Below, one piece after another: positions 1-11,400 of a DNA stretch of 64,000 nucleotides; positions within the stretch are counted from its first letter, which is position 1; the number at the start of each line of letters is the position of its first letter. The DNA is taken from the NCBI GenBank assembly GCA_913058495.1, contig CAJXQC010000001.1, forward strand, positions 60,779 through 124,778, read 5' to 3'. Position numbers and translations under genes: made by a program. Origin of the DNA: an uncultured Balneola sp. Lineage in GTDB: Bacteria > Bacteroidota > Rhodothermia > Balneolales > Balneolaceae. The notes below the pieces were generated by a model, which was not told where the DNA came from, did not search any database, and worked only from the letters and a program-made list of their open reading frames with translations.

Positions 1-16
1 CATAACACATAATATT

Positions 17-346
17 ATGAAAGAAATAAAAGCCTTTATAAAACCAAACAGAGTAGAAAATGTAGTTGCAGCACTCCAAGAAGCAGGACATGAAAGTGTT
101 ACGCTTTCCAAAGGAGAAGGTACCGGAGCATACAAACAGAAAGATGCGTCCCCATCGCTGGATTTTCACTTTACGGACAGTCCAGTCGTAAAATTAGAGC
201 TGGTATGTCAATGCAAAGAATCCGATAACGTTGTTCAACTTATCTGCGCCAATGCCAAAACACCGGAACGCGGTGACGGCATCATTTACGTTACAGATAT
301 TCAAAAAGCGTTTAGGATTAAAACCTGTGAGCCTTTTGAGGGGTAA
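17..346 (+). CDS. P-II family regulator (metal-efflux-cluster-associated type)
   Basis: MKEIKAFIKP N-terminus, GEGTG loop, GDGIIYV C-terminal motif typical of P-II; adjacent to a cation efflux gene. Confidence 0.85.
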   Translation: MKEIKAFIKPNRVENVVAALQEAGHESVTLSKGEGTGAYKQKDASPSLDFHFTDSPVVKLELVCQCKESDNVVQLICANAKTPERGDGIIYVTDIQKAFRIKTCEPFEG

Positions 347-407
347 GGAACAGGTGATTCTTTGTCACAGTTAAGTTGAAGATGAAAATAATCCCATATA
401 TTCAACC

Positions 408-1202
408 ATGAAAAAATCCACATTTAATATTCCACAAATGGACTGCTCAGCCGAAGAGCAAATGATTCGAATGAGGTTGGAAGAGTTTGAAGATATTAAA
501 TCTCTAAACTTTGATATCCCGAATCGTACATTAGAAGTGTATCACGAAAATAGGCTTAATGAGATTGAGAAAGCCCTTGACTCCCTGAGTTTGGGTTCTA
601 AATTGAATTCAACAAAAGAGGCTCAAATGTCGCCTTTCGCTTCTGATGAGCAGCAACAAAAGAACATTCTATGGTGGGTTTTAGGGATCAACTTTCTCTT
701 CTTTATCATTGAAATGACAGCCGGATGGATTATCAATTCTATGGGGCTGATTGCAGACTCACTAGATATGCTGGCAGATTCATCCGTATATGCGCTCAGC
801 CTTTTTGCTGTTGGGGCAGCGGTAGCAAGAAAAAAGAAAGTAGCAAAAATTAGCGGCTATCTTCAGATGGGTCTGGCATCACTGGGATTTCTTGAGGTAC
901 TGCGGAGGTTTCTTGGAGTGGGTGAAATGCCCGACTTTCAGTGGATGATCATTATTGCTTCAACGGCTCTTGTTGCAAATGTTTTTACCTTATGGCTTAT
1001 CAATAAAGCGAAAAGCAAAGAAGCACACATGCAGGCAAGCACAATTTTTACCTCCAATGATATTATTGTAAATGGTGGTGTAATTTTGGCCGGAATTCTT
1101 GTTTATGCACTGGATAGCAGGTGGCCGGATTTACTCATTGGAGCTGTTGTATTCAGCTTTGTGATGCGAGGTGCAGTAAGAATTCTAAAATTATCAAAAT
1201 AG
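408..1202 (+). CDS. Cation diffusion facilitator (CzcD-like) with N-terminal HMA-like domain
   Basis: N-terminal MDC metal-binding fold; SMGLIADSLDMLAD and SNDIIVN CDF motifs; several TM helices. Confidence 0.85.
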   Translation: MKKSTFNIPQMDCSAEEQMIRMRLEEFEDIKSLNFDIPNRTLEVYHENRLNEIEKALDSLSLGSKLNSTKEAQMSPFASDEQQQKNILWWVLGINFLFFIIEMTAGWIINSMGLIADSLDMLADSSVYALSLFAVGAAVARKKKVAKISGYLQMGLASLGFLEVLRRFLGVGEMPDFQWMIIIASTALVANVFTLWLINKAKSKEAHMQASTIFTSNDIIVNGGVILAGILVYALDSRWPDLLIGAVVFSFVMRGAVRILKLSK

Positions 1203-1221
1203 CAGGTGTTGTTGCTGTTAT

Positions 1222-1644
1222 TTACTCCAGGGCATTCGTAATCTTTGTTATGATACCTTGCTTATCATCATCTGTTGTGATTTTATCAAGAACTTCATTG
1301 GTGTTGGCATCAAGCAACAGGACAAATCCGGTCATGCCTTCATTTTTCTCAAAAATTTCTGAAAGTCCTAACCTGGCTGCCATTAACTTTGATTGATGTG
1401 CCGTAAAATCATTGGTCATATCCATTTTGACGAAAAGCACCGGTTGTCCTTCAAACTCAGGTTTTGCTTCTTCCATTATTGGCTTTATTGCCTGGCAGGC
1501 TCCACACCAATCGGCATACATATACATAGCTATTACCCGAGGATCTTCATCTGAGTTAACCTGATTTGCGTTGAGAGTAAAAAATGATGTTGCAAATACT
1601 ACGGCGATTAGTAGTACTGGATAAGCGATAAATCGTTTCATCAT
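1222..1644 (-). CDS. Exported thioredoxin-like protein
   Basis: Signal-peptide-like N-terminus; WCGAC (CxxC) motif. Confidence 0.8.
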   Translation of the reverse strand: MMKRFIAYPVLLIAVVFATSFFTLNANQVNSDEDPRVIAMYMYADWCGACQAIKPIMEEAKPEFEGQPVLFVKMDMTNDFTAHQSKLMAARLGLSEIFEKNEGMTGFVLLLDANTNEVLDKITTDDDKQGIITKITNALE

Positions 1645-1721
1645 ACTGCTGATTGGTTTAATAAGTATTTAAGGGATTACAAAAGCTATGCATTATCTTT
1701 TACAGATTCTAAAAATGATTA

Positions 1722-2060
1722 ATGATAATAATGATCTATCTGAAATCAGTATTCTATTTTATCGTAGCGGGACTTCTGGAAATTGGCGGAGGGTATTTAG
1801 TGTGGATATGGCTCCGCGAAAGCAAAAGCTGGGTATATGGTATCTCTGGGATGATGCTGTTGGCGCTGTATGGATTTCTACCCACACTGCAACCCGCGCA
1901 CTTTGGCCGAGTATTCGCAGCATATGGAGGGGTTTTTATTGTTCTATCACTCCTGTGGGGGTGGAAAATAGATGACATTCAGCCCGATAAATTTGATATG
2001 ATTGGTGCCGGATTTGCCTTAATTGGTGTAATAATAATGATGTACTGGCCAAGAGGATAA
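1722..2060 (+). CDS. YnfA/UPF0060 family small membrane protein
   Basis: [13 protein letters not shown] and [13 protein letters not shown] family signatures; four TM helices. Confidence 0.9.
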   Translation: MIIMIYLKSVFYFIVAGLLEIGGGYLVWIWLRESKSWVYGISGMMLLALYGFLPTLQPAHFGRVFAAYGGVFIVLSLLWGWKIDDIQPDKFDMIGAGFALIGVIIMMYWPRG

Positions 2061-2360
2061 AAAGATCCATGAAATTCTGAAATTCGCACTTATCCAATCG
2101 TGATTTCATTTTCAATCGGCTTTATGATTCTAAAACAGGGTGGCTTAACACTGTTAGTTGTTTAATGTATAAAAATGCTTGGCAATCATTCCTAAACCAT
2201 TCCAATAGTTGATGCTTTCACCACTTCTCAAGGGATCAAACTGTTTATTCATTTCTCTTTTCTTACGGATCTTACTGTTTTATTTATCATAAAAAATTCG
2301 CATCAGCTAAGTATGGTAGTATTAATTGAACATTGTTTTTAATCAAGACAAATTATATTT

Positions 2361-2374
2361 TTAGTCAAGGCTAA
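2361..2374. promoter_or_regulatory. Putative DtxR/MntR-type metal-dependent operator (TTAG-N6-CTAA)
   Basis: TTAGTCAAGGCTAA in AT-rich DNA 25 bp before the di-heme gene; matches the TTAG-N6-CTAA shape of DtxR-family boxes. Confidence 0.4.
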
Positions 2375-2399
2375 TAAATAATTTTGATTATTAAACATC

Positions 2400-3596
2400 A
2401 TGAAATATCGTATTTGGATACCAGTATTGTACACCTGTTTCCTTCTGCTAATGATCGGCTGTGATACAGTTGTACCAGAAGCCCCGGCTGAGAAAGATTT
2501 ACTGGATGGCCCCATACCCGGACTGACTCACGAAGAACAAGATCAATTTCTTAAAGGGGACATTGCCTTTAATGATGATGTTTTTACACCCCAAACGGGC
2601 TTAGGGCCTACTTTTGTGGCCACTTCGTGTGGGAGTTGCCACCCTGGCGATGGAAAAGGGCATCCATCAACATCACTTATCCGATTTGGACAAACCGAGC
2701 CTAATTCACCGATTAATGCGCCTGGTGCACCACAACTTCAAAACCGGGCTATTCCCGGATATCAGCCGGAAAAATTACCTGAAGGGGTTCCAAGTATGAA
2801 AATGACGCCTCCGGCCGTTACCGGGCTGGGCTTGTTGGCCGCACTGACAGATCAACAAATTCTAGAAAATACCGACCCCAATGATGAAGACGGAGATGGA
2901 ATTTCAGGTGTTCCCAACTATGTTACTCCGCCGGATTACTTCATCCCGGAAGATCATCATCAGCCAGAAAATGTCAAGTATATTGGCCGGTTTGGTAAGA
3001 AGGCCTCAGCTGTTAATTTGCTGCACCAAACCGCTACAGCTTATAACCAGGATATTGGGGTCACCTCTACCTTCGAACCTCTGGATGTTTACTCGGGTTT
3101 GACGACTGATCCGGAAGTATCGGATCAAGTGGTAAGAGATGTAGTTTTTTACCTGAAGACGTTAAAGGCTCCCATCCAGCGTAAGCCACAAAATCCCCTT
3201 GTTTTAAAAGGAAAAGGGATATTCACTACTATCCAATGCAGTTCGTGTCATACCCCGCAATGGACCACTCCGGAAACAGACATTGCCGCACTTTCAAACA
3301 AAACATTTTATCCATATACCGATCTATTGCTACACGATATGGGGCCTGAATTGGATGACGGAGCTACGGAAGGTTCAGCGGAAACATACGAATGGAGGAC
3401 CCCTCCCTTATGGGGATTGGGGTTGTCACCCGATTCACAAGGTGGAAAGTACTTCCTGATGCATGATGGCCGGGCTGAAAGTATTGAAGAGGCAATTTTG
3501 ATGCACGGTGGGGAGGCTCAAAACAGCCGTGATCAATTTCAATTGCTCTCCCCTGAAGAAAAAGAAGCACTAATCATTTTTTTGGAATCTCTTTAA
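2400..3596 (+). CDS. Di-heme oxidoreductase family lipoprotein
   Basis: Lipobox (LMIGC); two CxxCH motifs (CGSCH, CSSCH); YTDLLLHDMG, WRTPPLWGLG, MHDGRA motifs. Confidence 0.85.
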   Translation: MKYRIWIPVLYTCFLLLMIGCDTVVPEAPAEKDLLDGPIPGLTHEEQDQFLKGDIAFNDDVFTPQTGLGPTFVATSCGSCHPGDGKGHPSTSLIRFGQTEPNSPINAPGAPQLQNRAIPGYQPEKLPEGVPSMKMTPPAVTGLGLLAALTDQQILENTDPNDEDGDGISGVPNYVTPPDYFIPEDHHQPENVKYIGRFGKKASAVNLLHQTATAYNQDIGVTSTFEPLDVYSGLTTDPEVSDQVVRDVVFYLKTLKAPIQRKPQNPLVLKGKGIFTTIQCSSCHTPQWTTPETDIAALSNKTFYPYTDLLLHDMGPELDDGATEGSAETYEWRTPPLWGLGLSPDSQGGKYFLMHDGRAESIEEAILMHGGEAQNSRDQFQLLSPEEKEALIIFLESL

Positions 3597-3605
3597 CCAA
3601 GTACT

Positions 3606-4046
3606 ATGGAACGAAAAGAATTTATAAAAACCTGCAGTTATAGTTGCCTTGGCCTTGTGGGGGCAGCATTTTTCCTGAAAGGCTGCTCAGGTCCAAAATA
3701 TCTGAGTGCTCAATTTGAAGATGAGTATTTACTTGTTCCCCTGTCTTCGTTTGAATATGAAAACAAGAAAGAAAAAAAATTCAGGAAATATATTGTGGCC
3801 TATAATAACCGACTTAAATACCCGGTATCTATCTTCAGATTTTCTGAAACGGAATACAGAGCTTTGCTTATGAAATGCACCCACAAGGGTACTGAACTGC
3901 AAGTATATGGCGACCGGCTTCAGTGTCCCGCCCACGGAAGTGAATTTACCCAAAACGGAGAAGTGCAGAATGGTCCGGCAGAAGCTCCGCTTCGAACTTT
4001 TCCTGTACAGGTTGAAGGTACTGTATTAAAAATCGATATGGGATAA
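3606..4046 (+). CDS. Rieske [2Fe-2S] domain protein
   Basis: CTHKG...CPAHGS Rieske ligands; N-terminal RKEFIK Tat-like signal. Confidence 0.9.
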   Translation: MERKEFIKTCSYSCLGLVGAAFFLKGCSGPKYLSAQFEDEYLLVPLSSFEYENKKEKKFRKYIVAYNNRLKYPVSIFRFSETEYRALLMKCTHKGTELQVYGDRLQCPAHGSEFTQNGEVQNGPAEAPLRTFPVQVEGTVLKIDMG

Positions 4047-4076
4047 GTACATCTTTAAAAAATATTTTTAGCCCTT

Positions 4077-5306
4077 ATGAAAAAAATAATACTACTTTTT
4101 TTAATTCTATTCAGTACAATCAACGCCAACGCACAGGTTGATAGTACCCTGTTCAAAGATACCCCGCGCGATACATTGGCGGAAGATACAATGAACATGG
4201 ATGCCGTTTATGAGCGCCCGTTTTTCCAGGCGGGAACATCGCCTGTCTCTGTCGGTGGCTATATAGAGGCCGATTACCAATATATAGGAGAAGACGGGAT
4301 TACCGAAGGCCATACCTTCCGCGTTCCTCGGTTTACACTTTTTGTAGGCTCTTCCATTCATCCAAAAGTCAAGTTTCTTTCAGAAATTGAATTTGAAGAA
4401 GGTGGTAACGAGATTGCCATTGAGTTTGCGGCATTGGATATCAATTTTTTCCCGATGCTTAATTTTCGTGGAGGGATTATTATGAATCCTATTGGGGCTT
4501 TTAACCAAAATCATGATGGCCCTAAATGGGAGTTTGTTGACCGGCCCATTGCCATGACCGAAATGCTGCCTGCTACCTGGAGCAACGTGGGTTTTGGCCT
4601 CTACGGAAAGCGATATGTTAACGATTGGGCCTTTGGCTACGAGGCCTATCTCACCAACGGATTTGATAACAGTATTATCGCAAACAGGGAAAACAAAACC
4701 TTTCTCCCCGCAGCCAAAGAAAATTTCGAACGTTTTGAAGAAAGCAACAATGGGCAACCTTTAATTACAGGAAAACTCGCTGTGAAAAATCAGAACATCG
4801 GGGAAATTGGCCTTTCTTATATGGGAGGGGTTTACAATACCTTTGAAGATGACGGACTGATTCTGGATGAAGAAAGGCGGTTGGATGTTTTTGCCATAGA
4901 TTTTAATACCTCCCTGGAAAAAACAAGTACCTACATAACCGGCGAATGGGCTTGGGTGATGGTTGATGTTCCGGAAACTTACGGGCAGCAATTCGGAGAC
5001 CGGCAGCAAGGCGGATTTGTGGATATCGTGCAGCCGGTTTTCAGGCAGCCGTTGGCTGGTTTTGAGAATGCGGTACTAAACCTGGCTGTCAGGCTGGAAT
5101 ATGTGGACTGGAATGTGGGAACATTTCGAGAAACAGGAGCAAATATTTCAGATGATTTGTGGGCCATTGTTCCAGGTGTGAGCTTCAGGCCTTCTGCTCA
5201 AACCGTGCTGCGCTTGAACTACCGATATATGCAGCAGCAAGATATTTTGGGTAATCCAGCGGCAAAAATTGCAGGAATTCAAATCGGGATTTCCAGTTAT
5301 TTTTGA
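4077..5306 (+). CDS. Outer-membrane beta-barrel (porin-like) protein
   Basis: Signal peptide, alternating amphipathic strands, C-terminal aromatic residue (ISSYF). Confidence 0.7.
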   Translation: MKKIILLFLILFSTINANAQVDSTLFKDTPRDTLAEDTMNMDAVYERPFFQAGTSPVSVGGYIEADYQYIGEDGITEGHTFRVPRFTLFVGSSIHPKVKFLSEIEFEEGGNEIAIEFAALDINFFPMLNFRGGIIMNPIGAFNQNHDGPKWEFVDRPIAMTEMLPATWSNVGFGLYGKRYVNDWAFGYEAYLTNGFDNSIIANRENKTFLPAAKENFERFEESNNGQPLITGKLAVKNQNIGEIGLSYMGGVYNTFEDDGLILDEERRLDVFAIDFNTSLEKTSTYITGEWAWVMVDVPETYGQQFGDRQQGGFVDIVQPVFRQPLAGFENAVLNLAVRLEYVDWNVGTFRETGANISDDLWAIVPGVSFRPSAQTVLRLNYRYMQQQDILGNPAAKIAGIQIGISSYF

Positions 5307-5494
5307 AAATCTTCTCAAAAATAAGTCGGGATTCTTAAATAAATTAGAAGCCAGGAACCTTTATAATCCGGATGATGTGAATAAGAGAATTCACGAGATT
5401 CTGAAACCTTACAACTTCAGCCATAGCACTATAGAAGTGTAATTAGATGAAGGAACTTCACCTTTGATTGAGTCAAATGGTTGTTAACACTCTG

Positions 5495-7132
5495 TCAAAC
5501 CGCACAGCAGCTCAATTTCTTCACGTCTTTGTCGAAAGTGAGAGCCGCAAGCTTAATTCCTTCAGAAAGGGTCAGATAGGGATGAAATTCCGACTTGAGT
5601 GACTGAATGGAAACCCCGTGTCGAATAGCCAGAGCCAGTTCCATTAATAGTTCAGAGCCTTCGGGTGCCAAAATACGGGCTCCAATCAAACGGTCATTGT
5701 CTTTGTTTCGGATTAATTTGATATATCCGCGGGTATCTCTTGCGGCAATAGATCTGGGTACATTGTCCAGCGTAAGTTTCGTTGCCTGATAGTTGACTCC
5801 CTCTTCTTCGGCTTGTTGTTCATCCATGCCCACACCGGCCACTTGTGGATCAGTGAAAATAACCCACGGTAAGACTGAAAAATCGGCTTTTCCATGACTG
5901 GCTCTCATCGCATTTTCAGCTGCGATTTTTCCTTCATAGGCCGCAGTGTACACGAACTGCCGTTCGCCCAGTATATCGCCGGCGGCAAAGATGTTGGGTG
6001 TATTGGTTCGCATGGTTTCATCAACGGGAATGTAATTGCGTCCTTTGGTCTCAATTCCTGCGGATTTAAGATTCAGATTGCCTGTATTTCCCTGCCTGCC
6101 GGTAGCAACTAATATCTGATCGGCTTCAAGTTCTTTTTCTTCTCCGTTTACCGTAAACCGAATACTTCTTTTTTTATCTGTTTTCGTTACTTCCAGAATG
6201 TCTGTATTCGTCAAAATGGTTAATCCTTCCTCTTCCAAATATCCCGTTAAGGCTGTTGCAAGCTCTTCGGGTTGGTCACTTAACACATGTTCTGATCGCT
6301 GTAATACAGTCACATTGCTTCCAAGTCGACTAAAGAGTTGTGCATTTTCAAGAGCAATATATCCACCGCCAAGTATGACGAGATCTTCCGGAAGTTCCTC
6401 AAGTTCATAGGCCGATTCATTGGTCAGATATCCCGCTTCTTTGAGTCCGGGTATTTCAGGTATAAACGGGGAAGCTCCTGTGGCAATTAAAATGTTCTCG
6501 GCGGTGTAGGTTGAATTATTTACCTGAACCTGATTTGTTTGAATTAACTTTCCGTACCCTTCAATAAGGGTGATGCTTGGATCATCCTTTATCACATTCA
6601 CATACTTTTCCTGTCGTAGGTCCCGAACCATCTCCCGTTTTTGCTCAATCACTTTTTTAAAATCACTGATGGTTGCCGTGGTTTCTATACCTTCAAACCT
6701 CGGATGAGAAGCGTTGTGAAAGGCTTCTGCGGTTCGGATCAGCGTTTTGGATGGCACGCACCCCACATTTACGCACGTTCCACCTGTTGGCAGACCTTTA
6801 TTAATAATAAGCGCAGTTCCCCCCAATTCACTGGCTCGGATAGCGGCAGCAAAAGCAGCCGAACCGCCCCCGATAATAATCAACGAGTAATGGTTTTCAC
6901 CAGTTTGATCTTTTCCTGATTCGCCAACTACCTGATACTTTCCTGTCTGATTTACCGCTTCAATCACCGATGCTTTATCAAGGATGGATTCATCAAATGA
7001 TACCGTAGCCGTTCCGTTGGGGTAGCTTACATCCGCCTTCTGTATTCCGTTTAGTTTGGATAGATTATTTTCAATAGACACGGCGCAATGATCGCATGTC
7101 ATGCCCGCTATGTCCAGTTCCAGTTCTTTCAT
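5495..7132 (-). CDS. merA: Mercuric reductase
   Basis: N-terminal HMA GMTCDHC; GGGSAA FAD motif; GGTCVNVGCVPSK redox centre; C-terminal vicinal CC (LSCCAV). Start placed at MKELE. Confidence 0.95.
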   Translation of the reverse strand: MKELELDIAGMTCDHCAVSIENNLSKLNGIQKADVSYPNGTATVSFDESILDKASVIEAVNQTGKYQVVGESGKDQTGENHYSLIIIGGGSAAFAAAIRASELGGTALIINKGLPTGGTCVNVGCVPSKTLIRTAEAFHNASHPRFEGIETTATISDFKKVIEQKREMVRDLRQEKYVNVIKDDPSITLIEGYGKLIQTNQVQVNNSTYTAENILIATGASPFIPEIPGLKEAGYLTNESAYELEELPEDLVILGGGYIALENAQLFSRLGSNVTVLQRSEHVLSDQPEELATALTGYLEEEGLTILTNTDILEVTKTDKKRSIRFTVNGEEKELEADQILVATGRQGNTGNLNLKSAGIETKGRNYIPVDETMRTNTPNIFAAGDILGERQFVYTAAYEGKIAAENAMRASHGKADFSVLPWVIFTDPQVAGVGMDEQQAEEEGVNYQATKLTLDNVPRSIAARDTRGYIKLIRNKDNDRLIGARILAPEGSELLMELALAIRHGVSIQSLKSEFHPYLTLSEGIKLAALTFDKDVKKLSCCAV

Positions 7133-7136
7133 CCTA

Positions 7137-7763
7137 TTATTCGTTTTCTTGTTCTTGTTGAAGGTTGGCTGTAAATCCGGTCTTATTGATGGCATCCTGG
7201 AGTTCTTTTTCAGTAAGCTTCGTTCTCAGATACGAAATAGTAGCCGTTCCGCTGTCGTAGGATACCTCAGATTCAATAATTCCATCCAGTTTACCCAACT
7301 CATTTTTCACACTGGCTTCACACCCAGCGCAGGTCATGCCCTCCACATTAAAGATGACATGTTCTACATCTGCCTCGGAAACATATTGTATTTGAGTTGG
7401 CTGAGCGTCAGAGAAAAACCAATGAGAGTAATTTGGAAAAGCCAACAAAAGTGCCGCCACAACGGTTACGATGCCAAGAAACGATTTAGACTGGGTGAAA
7501 CGGGCTTCTTCAGGATCACATTCGCAGTCGATCTCTTTTGAGGGCTTCAGTTTTTGGTACCATGCAAACCCAAGTAAAAGAACAGTCAACCCAATTAAAT
7601 AAGGTCGAAATGGGTCCATGAATGAAAACGTAGAGGCGATACCACTTGTGCCTGCCAGAATAGCCAGCACCGGAGTGATGCAGCAAAGGGAGGCGATAAA
7701 TGCAACTCCGAGTCCCGCACCCAGCCATTTGGTATCAGAATTATTTTTCTGTTGCTTGTTCAT
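7137..7763 (-). CDS. merTP: MerT-MerP fusion mercury transporter
   Basis: ASLCCITP first TM Cys pair, CECD loop, C-terminal HMA GMTCAGC. Confidence 0.9.
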   Translation of the reverse strand: MNKQQKNNSDTKWLGAGLGVAFIASLCCITPVLAILAGTSGIASTFSFMDPFRPYLIGLTVLLLGFAWYQKLKPSKEIDCECDPEEARFTQSKSFLGIVTVVAALLLAFPNYSHWFFSDAQPTQIQYVSEADVEHVIFNVEGMTCAGCEASVKNELGKLDGIIESEVSYDSGTATISYLRTKLTEKELQDAINKTGFTANLQQEQENE

Positions 7764-8140
7764 GCGGCTAATACCTCCATAATGGTATTGTTTTCAATTT
7801 GGTTGAAAAGTGGTTTCAAAAGGTCGTCATAGGGTTTCTGAAGGGAATAGAAAATGAGTTTCCCCTCTCTTCTTGAGTCTAAGAGCCCGGCGTCTTTCAA
7901 TTTTCGCAGGTGTTGTGATACCGCCGGTACGGTCATATCTAAAATATCGCTCAAATCGCACGGACATAAATCTTCCTCCGTGCTCAACAAGAACAGAATC
8001 TTCAGGCGAACATCATTGCCGGCCAGCTTTAGTATGTCCGAGAGTTTTAAGATGGATGATTCTACCGCATGGATAGAATCAATGCAGCGGTTGATCTGGT
8101 TCAGATCGGCTACATCACGAATACAGGATTGTTTACTCAT
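7760..8140 (-). CDS. ArsR/SmtB family metalloregulator heading the mer operon
   Basis: LCPCDLSDILDMTVPAVSQHLRKLK HTH; RREGKLIFYSL; start placed at MSKQSC. Confidence 0.9.
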   Translation of the reverse strand: MSKQSCIRDVADLNQINRCIDSIHAVESSILKLSDILKLAGNDVRLKILFLLSTEEDLCPCDLSDILDMTVPAVSQHLRKLKDAGLLDSRREGKLIFYSLQKPYDDLLKPLFNQIENNTIMEVLAA

Positions 8141-8149
8141 AGTGATTTT

Positions 8150-8204
8150 ATTTAAGTGATTGCTTAAATATATAGTCAATAAAACGTTTAAGCAAATGAT
8201 TAAA
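8150..8204. promoter_or_regulatory. Two ArsR-type operator palindromes
   Basis: ATTTAAG-N6-CTTAAAT at 8150-8169 and a related TTTAAGCAAATGATTAAA at 8187-8204, directly upstream of the ArsR start. Confidence 0.65.
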
Positions 8205-8410
8205 TGAGGGAGTAAGTTAGGTACATACCCGTGTCTAAGGGCGCTCACTTATAAAAAATTCGGAATCATTGAGTAAAATTATAGTATCCAAAGGCGTGAT
8301 CATATATTGAATAAAGGAAAAGTTGCTTATAGACTTCTTTAGTAGGAAGAAATCACATTGTCTTTAAGCCCTGATTTTGTTAGCCTAAGCGCCAACCAAA
8401 TTGTTTATCT

Positions 8411-11400
8411 ATGACCATTCAGGAATACGTTGATCAGTTAAATCTGAGATATAAATCAGGCATTTCTAGGGAACACAGTTATCGGGGCGATTTACAATCA
8501 TTGCTTGGTGATCTATTACCCGATCTACTTATAACCAATGAGCCCTCACGAACAGATGTTGGAGCTCCCGACTATATCCTCACTAAAGGTAAAATTCCTG
8601 TCGGATATATTGAAGCCAAAGACATAGGCGATCCAGATCTTGAGGGAAAGAAGAAGAATAAAGAACAGTTTGAACGCTACAAAACCGGTCTTCCAAATCT
8701 GATTTTTACTGATTACCTCAATTTCCGTGTATATCGGGATGGAGAATTCCTGACCTCCGTTTCTATTGCTGAAATCAAAGACGGCAGTATTGTAGGGTTA
8801 ACTGAGAACTACAATGAGTTCGAAAACATCATCAAAGATTTTGGGACGCATGTGGGGCAAACCATCCGCAGTGCCAATAAGCTGTCGAAGATGATGGCCG
8901 GTAAAGCCCGAATCCTCGCTGATGTAATTGAAAAAGCCCTGAATGCCGATGAAGAAAAGCAGAAAAACAAAGTAAACGAGACGGCTAACAATACCCTGCG
9001 GGAACAATTGACCGCATTTCAGAACGTCTTGATTCACGATATCAGCGCTAAGGAATTTGCAGATATCTATGCACAGACGATTGCTTATGGTATGTTTGCA
9101 GCTCGTTTACACGATTCGACTTTGGATACCTTTGATCGCCATGAGGCAGCTGCGCTGATTCCGAAAACCAATCCCTTTCTTCGTAAGCTTTTCCAATACA
9201 TAGCTGGTTATGATTTGGATGATCGTATTGTATGGGTGGTAGATGGATTAGCTGATATTTTTAGAGCTACTGATGTTGATGGCCTTCTCAAGAATTTTGG
9301 CAAAGCTACTCAGCAACAAGATCCCATCATTCATTTTTATGAAACGTTCCTGGCTGAATATGATCCCAAACTTCGGAAAAGCCGCGGGGTTTGGTACACA
9401 CCTGAACCGGTCGTGAACTTTATAGTTCGGGCCGTCGATGACATTTTGAAAGACGATTTTGGGCTAAAAGACGGCTTGGCTGATACCTCTAAGACCAAAG
9501 TGAAGGTAAAAGTTCCCACCCACGACAAACGTCACAAGGGCGGAATGGTGGGGGAAGAGCGAGAAGTGCATAAAGTGCAGATTTTGGACCCGGCCACTGG
9601 AACCGGAACCTTTTTGGCCGAAGTGATCAAACAGATTCATTCCAGGTTTGAAGGACAACAAGGCATCTGGGCCACCTACGTGGAAGAACACCTGATTCCC
9701 CGTCTGAACGGATTTGAAATTTTGATGGCCAGTTATGCCATGGCGCACCTCAAACTGGATTTACTATTGCGGGAAACCGGAGTGGAACCGAGCGGAAGTG
9801 AACGCTTTCGCGTGTATCTTACCAATTCTCTGGAAGAACACCATCCTGATACCGGAACCCTTTTTGCCGGTTGGTTGAGTGAAGAGGCCAATGAAGCCAA
9901 TCATATTAAGCGCGATACGCCAGTGATGGTTGTATTGGGTAATCCACCTTACTCAGTCAGTAGTACAAACAAAGGAAAGTGGATTGAGAAATTAATGAAG
10001 GATTATAAGCGCAACCTTAATGAAATAAATATTCAACCGCTATCAGACGACTATCTAAAATTTATAAGATTTGGGCAGCATCTCATTGATAAGAATGGTG
10101 AAGGGCTACTTGCTTACATATCAAACAATAGTTTTCTGGATGGACTGATACACAGAGAGATGAGATCTACTTTAACGGACTCATTTGACAAGATTTACAT
10201 TATTGATTTGCACGGGAATTCAAATCGCAAAGAAAAAGCTCCAGATGGAAGTAAAGACGTAAACGTTTTTGATATTCAGCAGGGCGTTTCAATAAACATT
10301 TTTATAAAAACTGGAGCTAAATTTAAGGGGTCGATTAAACATTTAGATTTGTATGGGGACAGAAATAAAAAATATCATTTATTAAGTACTACTCATCTAA
10401 AAGACATTGATTGGAACGAAATTGAGGTAAGAAGCCCTGAGAATTTTTTCATTCCAAGAGACTACAATTTACAAGAAGAATTCCGCAAAGGATTTTCAAT
10501 TGAATCATTATTCGTAAATAGCTCGACTGGTATTACTACAGAGCGAGATGAAGTTTGCATACAATTTTCAGATAATGAAATTAAAGACGTAGTCAAAGCA
10601 TTGAAAAATCTTGACGAAGACACTTTCAGAAATGAATACACTCCAAAAAAAGATGGAAGAGATTGGAAGGTCTCTTTTGCCAAAGAAGACGTACTTGAGA
10701 ACAAAGGAGAATTTGAAGGACTACAATATCGCCCATTTGATTTCCGAAGAACCTATTACACAGGTAATAGCAAAGGCTTTATGGCATATCCAAGGCATGA
10801 AACCAGTTCGAACATTATTAAGGAGAATGTAGCTTTAATATCGTCTCGTCAAACTAAAGAAGATTTTGGGATTCTTGTCACAAGTAAATTGATAACACAT
10901 AAGGTTTTAACTGCTTATGACAGAAGCTATTTATTTTCGTTGTATTCTTATCCTGATAACTCCACCCAACAAACCCTTGATGGTAAACCAGAACGTACCC
11001 CGAATTTAGATAAGAAGATTGTCAAAGAAATTTCGGAAAAGCTTGGACTAAAATTCACTCCGGAAAAAGTAGAAACCGAAGGCACGTTTGCTCCCATTGA
11101 TCTACTCGATTACATCTATGCGGTATTACACTCCCCAAGCTACCGGGAGAAATACAAAGAGTTTCTAAAGATCGATTTTCCAAGAGTACCTTACCCTGAA
11201 GATCCCGAGCTTTTCTGGCAACTCGTAGAACTTGGTGGAGAGCTGCGCCAAATTCACTTATTGGAGCATCCAGTGGTAGAAGAATTTATAACCACCTATC
11301 CCATTGCAGGAAGCAATGAAATTTCCAACCGGCTTACCAAGACCGATCCCGGTTTTATTCCTGAAGACGATGATGAAACCACCGGCAAAGTGTGGATTAA

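Noticed and set aside
1688-1975. 95-aa ORF overlapping the YnfA-like gene
   Set aside because: Alternative frame of a well-supported gene
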